DNA from: Verrucomicrobiota bacterium
GTDB lineage: Bacteria > Verrucomicrobiota > Verrucomicrobiia > Limisphaerales > AAA164-E04
Assembly: GCA_047947115.1 (NCBI GenBank)
Contig: CP170459.1
Location: forward strand, 3,232,001-3,296,000
Direction of reading: 5' to 3'
DNA length: 64,000 nucleotides
A program made the translations under genes and the position numbers. Shown here in pieces: positions 59,440-64,000 of this stretch; positions within the stretch are counted from its first letter, which is position 1, and the number at the start of each line of letters is the position of its first letter. The notes under the pieces were generated by a model. The model ran no database searches. It was not told the origin of the DNA and saw only the letters and a program-made list of their open reading frames with translations.

Positions 59440-60747
59440 TTACCTCAAAGGGCTCGATTCGGTGAGCGATCTTGGTCGTTTGTCATCGAAGTTTTGGGTC
59501 GCTTTGATGGTGTTGGTTTCCAGAGTGATGTCTTTTGCCTTGCTTCCGATACGGATTCCAGTGTGTTGCCTTCCGCTGCCTGTGTCTTCGATGCTGTTGT
59601 TTCGAATCACGGTTCCTCGGGTGGCTCCATCAACGAACAAGCCCCAACCCTTATTGTCGCGAACAGTGTTTTCCTCAAAAGTAATCCTATGTGCTGCCAT
59701 GGGCTCTGTTTCCGCACGCCAATAGACACCTCCACGTTGATTGCCCACAATGGTGTTTTGTCGGACCATATTTCCGCTGTCTTTGTGACCGATCGACATG
59801 CCGTAACCGCCATTTCCCTCAAGCCAGTTTCCTTCCGCAATCCCTCCTCTGACTCTCCAGCAAAAGAAGAAACCGTCCTCGTCGTTCTGGATGGCCCGAC
59901 AATGGGACACAGTAGGGCGTTGGGAACCGCTGCCCGGATGCAATCCAAATCCGGCGCAATGTTGGACCACACATTGTGTGACGGTGACGTCGTTGGACTG
60001 CTGAAAACTGATGCCGTCACCCTGGTAGTTGATGACTTCACAATCGGTGATCACGCAATGATCGCCTCGGTAAAGGTAGATGCCTGCCGTGCGGCAACCG
60101 TCTACCTTGGTGGGGTTGTTTTGCCGGTTGCCGTCCACGATCAGGTGTTCCACCCGGGCATCCTGAATTTCATAACCGCTGATCACCGGGTAAATGGTGG
60201 CGGCAAAGCCGCCGTCGGCTACCATGATATCGGCATTCATGGGGCGGGTGAGTGTGAAATGGTTTTCTTTGCCATTGAGGATGGTGGCGCAGACTCCGTG
60301 AAAATTGCGTTGTGTTCTGGAGGCGACATAAACACCTCTTCCAAGTTTGAAGCCATCTGTGTTTTCCACGGTGATGGCGGCTTCGCCATAGTCGCCGTCC
60401 GCAACCAGCGGGGATCTGTATTCCTTGGTCTTTTTCAAGATGGTTCGTCCGGGTGTTCCCCTGACAGTCACGCGGCTGCGCAGGTGAAGGGAATCATGCA
60501 TTGTAAACTCGCCGGGCCCAATCCTGACCAGGCCTCCCCCCAGGTTGCCCACGTAGTCCACCGCTGCCTGCAGGACGCGGTTGTCGTTGCCGATCATGTC
60601 CGCATCCTGCAATCCCACGGTGACCTCAATGGCCGGCTGGGCGTGCAGATCGTTTTCGGCATATTGACGTCCTGCCTGGTCTGCCGGTGATTGCCGGCTG
60701 AACAGGACCACCAAGCCCAACATCAAATGGAATTGTATGGATTTCAT
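59440..60747 (-). CDS. Secreted right-handed parallel beta-helix protein (pectin-lyase-like fold)
   Basis: LQAAVDY...GGG.V.I.PGEF, IVDGNR, repeated N...G(I/F) PbH1-like turns. Confidence 0.88.
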   Translation of the reverse strand: MKSIQFHLMLGLVVLFSRQSPADQAGRQYAENDLHAQPAIEVTVGLQDADMIGNDNRVLQAAVDYVGNLGGGLVRIGPGEFTMHDSLHLRSRVTVRGTPGRTILKKTKEYRSPLVADGDYGEAAITVENTDGFKLGRGVYVASRTQRNFHGVCATILNGKENHFTLTRPMNADIMVADGGFAATIYPVISGYEIQDARVEHLIVDGNRQNNPTKVDGCRTAGIYLYRGDHCVITDCEVINYQGDGISFQQSNDVTVTQCVVQHCAGFGLHPGSGSQRPTVSHCRAIQNDEDGFFFCWRVRGGIAEGNWLEGNGGYGMSIGHKDSGNMVRQNTIVGNQRGGVYWRAETEPMAAHRITFEENTVRDNKGWGLFVDGATRGTVIRNNSIEDTGSGRQHTGIRIGSKAKDITLETNTIKATQNFDDKRPRSLTESSPLR

Positions 60748-60866
60748 AAGGAAAGCATTATTTCCGCTTTTTGTTAAGACGGCGAGTATAAATTCGCTTT
60801 TACATCAAACCCAAATCCTGTTTGAACCTTGCCTTTATCCTCAAACATATTCAAGATTTCCGGGTC

Positions 60867-63634
60867 ATGATTTGATCAACCATCGCTCAATACACGATCA
60901 CCGCCAAATTGGGGAAAGGCGGCATGGGCGAGGTGTATCGCGCCACTGACACCAAGTTGAATCGTGATGTGGCGATCAAGGTTCTTCCTGAAGAGTTTGC
61001 AAAGGACAATGAGCGTTTGGCGCGATTCGAGCGTGAGGCGAAGGTGCTGGCTCAATTGAATCATCCGAACATCGCGGCTGTTTACGGGCTGGAGCAATTC
61101 GGCGATTCTCAGGCCTTGATTCTGGAGTTGGTCGAAGGGGATGATTTATCTCTGAGGCTGAAGGAAGGGGCCTTGTCGGTGGATGAAACGATGGAGATCT
61201 GCAAGCAGATTGCGGAAGCATTGGACAACGCCCATCAGAAGGGGATCGTACATCGCGATCTCAAACCCGGTAACATCAAACTGACCGAAGAAGGGCAGGT
61301 GAAGGTGTTGGATTTCGGTCTTGCCAAAGCTTTGTCGGAAGAATCGGATGTTGCAAATGTCTCCAATACCGAAGATTCCCCTACCATCACCGATGCTTTT
61401 ACCAAACCGGGGACCATCCTTGGAACCGCTGCTTACATGTCTCCGGAACAGGCCCGTGGAAAGGCCCTGGATAAACGGACGGATATTTGGTCATTTGGTT
61501 GTGTCTTTTATGAATGCCTTACCGGAAGGAGAGCTTTCAAAGGCGAGGATGTCGCAGAGACCCTGGCTAAAATCATTCAAGGTCAGCCTGATTGGGATCA
61601 ACTGCCCGCTGCCTTGCCTCCCATCATCCAGTTGCTCATACGGAAATGTCTGGCCAAGAAAAGGCACCAGCGGCTCAGGGATATGGGCGATGCTGTCGTG
61701 GATATCGATCAGGCTATTGCGGACCCGACAGGTTCTTCTCTTTCATTATCCAAAGCCGTTTTTGCAAACGATGCAGACATCGCCCCCGCCGGATCCGGTA
61801 TTCTGAAATGGGCTGCGATGTTGACCTTATTGATCCTGGGCGCTGCGCTTGGGTGGATTGGGAAAACGAATCCGCCAGCATCCACTGAATCACGGCCGAT
61901 CTATTCTGATATCATCCTTCCTGGCGAAGGGGCCTACACCTTGTTCATTTCGCCGGACGCGTCTCACATTGGATTTGATTCGGCCGGAAGGAGAGACGGT
62001 ATCCGTCTTCGCAATCTTGGTCAAAGCAGAGAGGTGAAGCTTTTTGATGTTGAAGAAAGTTATCTGATGGACTTCTCACCCGACTCTCGGGAAATCGTAT
62101 GGGTTTCAAAGACTCGGATCTGGAAAGCCAATGTGGATGGTTCTTCAATTGTGCCGCTTGTTGTTTTTTCTGACAATACATTTGGATTTACGCACGGAGT
62201 TTCCTGGTCTGATCGTGATGAAATCGTTTTTCCCCCCAACTATTATGCGCCATTGATGAAGGTCGCGGCAGTCGGAGGAAAGCCCGAGCCTTTGACGCGT
62301 TTGAAGGAGAATGAAAAGGCCCATTCTTGGCCGCACTGCCTGCCGGGAGGTCGGCATGTTCTATTCCTGGCAACCGTAACGGATGCGAGGCCCTCCGGTG
62401 TGTCTATTAGAAAGATGGCCATTGCCGATATGGATACCGGGGAACATTGGCTTCTCCCTGTGGATCAGAATTGTTCTGGTCCGCGGTATGCCCGCTCCGG
62501 ACATCTGCTTTATTTGGATGATGGAGTATTGTTTGCTTTGCCTTTTGATTTGGAGACGCTTCGGATCACTGGGGACAAAGTGGATGTCCTCCATGGAATT
62601 GCCGCTCGTGAGCATGGGCTTGGCATGTATGACCTGTCTGATGATGGTACTCTGGTATACCGGGAAAAAAAGTCTTTCAACAGGAGGAAATAAAATCTTC
62701 CCTCAAATGGCTATATTATGATGGCAAGGTCGAAGATGTTGGAATTGTCGATGGAAGTATCAAGAAAATGCTCATTTCCCCCGATGGAACCCATGTGCTC
62801 ATTGTAAAGAATACTGTTTTGAGGGGGGAGAAACAGGAGGACTTGTGGTTGTATGATTTGAAAAATCTGGTCCCCATGCGATTGACTCGTTTTGAGGGAA
62901 ATGATCAGACACCCGTTTGGTCTCGTGATGGAGAGTGGATTTACTTCAGATCGGATCGCACTCCAGGGCAGAAAGGTATTTGGAAGAAAAGTGCGCGATC
63001 AGCAGAAAGACCAGGTGAACTGGTGAAAGATTTTACTCCGTATAATGTTTATCCCGTCAGTGTGACCAATGGAGATGAACTCTTGAGCTTTGTTCGGGGA
63101 ATCAATACAACTCAGTATGACATCTATGCCTTGGACCTGACAACTTCCTCCGCTGAGGAACGGGTGCTGAAGGGGACTCCGTATAATGAACTTTGGCATG
63201 AAATTTCTCCCGATGGCAAATGGCTCGCTTATAGTTCGGACATTTCCGGGGAGTTCAACATATACATTGCCCCTATGTCGGTGCCGGACACCGATGTTCG
63301 ACCGGTGAGTGGCAGCGGTGGAAGGGAGCTGTTCTGGTCAGCATCCGGGGATCGGTTTTTTTACCGGGTGCCCGGGCTGGCGGCAGACTCTATTATGTTC
63401 GTAGAAGTGAGTGGGAGTGACGCCGACATCACGATTTCAACCCCGGAAAAGCTCTTGGATGTTCCATTTACTTTTTCAAAATGGACTCCAGATGTTCAGA
63501 ATGACAGGTTGCTCGTGGTCTATAATCAGGATACTGAAGATTCTGAAGACAAGGCGGTGGAACAAGAGCAAAACGTCGTCCGTCTGGTTTCAAACTTCTT
63601 CACCGAACTGAATAAAAAAGCTCCTACACATTAG
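60867..63634 (+). pseudogene. Ser/Thr protein kinase with TM helix and TolB/PD40-like propellers; interrupted (TGA at codon 3, frame break near 62670)
   Basis: MI*STIAQYTITAKLGKGGMGEVYRA, VAIK, HRDLKPGN, DFG, GTAAYMSPEQ in 60909-62693; SPDG repeats continue in the -1 frame through 63634. Confidence 0.8.
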
Positions 63635-63690
63635 CTTGATCTGACCACCATTTTACGCAGATGCCCATCTGCCACCATTTAAGGTCTAAC

Positions 63691-64000
63691 CTAAAACCCG
63701 GGCATCCCAACGTAAACCCTCCCATTCGGCCCCGCCGTAATGATCACATGGCTTCCTGGTGTCAAGGCAATCGCATTGGTAGTGATATCGGATATTCGTT
63801 TCCAGGATAGACCGTTGTCCATTGTGATATCGATCCCGTTGGTTCCGGCGGCGATCAACATTCCTGTTTTCACCTTGGATGCCGTAACCGCGGACCGAAA
63901 TCCGCTGGGTGACTCCACGGTAACGGGTTTCCAAGACTGACCGTTGTTGAATGAAATGGCGCAGTTTTGAGAAGTTTCCTCTGGCTGCGTATAGTTTCCT
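63691..64000 (-). CDS. BNR/Asp-box (YCF48-like) repeat protein, C-terminal part (runs off window edge)
   Basis: GNYTQP...AISFNNGQSW...GFRSAV...ITMDNGLSW...AGPNGRV; Asp-box-like motifs. Confidence 0.75.
   Translation of the reverse strand, partial: GNYTQPEETSQNCAISFNNGQSWKPVTVESPSGFRSAVTASKVKTGMLIAAGTNGIDITMDNGLSWKRISDITTNAIALTPGSHVIITAGPNGRVYVGMPGF

Noticed and set aside
59386..60690. 434-aa plus-strand ORF
   Set aside because: Antisense shadow of the beta-helix gene.
56713..60875. TGA recoding (Gly or Sec) suggested by in-frame TGA at 56713 and 60873
   Set aside because: TGA ends many clear genes here (nuoL, folD, selO), and the RAPP relic also contains a TAA; mutation is the simpler explanation.
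1..64000. tRNA, rRNA, CRISPR arrays, transposases, prophage genes
   Set aside because: None recognised in intergenic regions or translations by eye; a weak ncRNA could have been missed.

Overview
About 64 kb of bacterial chromosome, most likely PVC superphylum (Verrucomicrobia-like), inferred from DUF1501, PVC-type heme dehydrogenases, a prepilin/H-X9-DG protein, Tat-exported Gfo/Idh/MocA oxidoreductases and a C-terminal 'FYRL' domain. No rRNA, tRNA, CRISPR or intact mobile element was seen. Main contents: carbohydrate and periplasmic redox genes (GH127, CE15, sulfatase, cytochromes), folD, selO, a BioF-family enzyme, and a 12-gene complex I operon (nuoA-B-C-D-I-H-J-K-L-M-M-N). That operon lacks nuoEFG, has two nuoM genes and a lengthened NuoL helix. 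The best candidate for an undescribed system is 51.9-57.1 kb: a His/Cys-rich leader ORF ending in the RAPP ribosome-arrest motif, then a His-motif pilin-like protein, then a secreted protein with five choice-of-anchor-M-like metal-binding repeats, four with a His-to-Glu change. A second, decayed RAPP leader and a glutamate-dehydrogenase fragment lie on the far side. Also notable: a Rok/histone-H1-like small protein behind an AT-rich region, a Zn-ribbon gene split at a C9 tract, a Ser/Thr kinase with a stop at codon 3 and a break at A_AAA_AAG, and GTAG-type REP-like palindromes. All calls come from reading motifs by eye; no searches were run.
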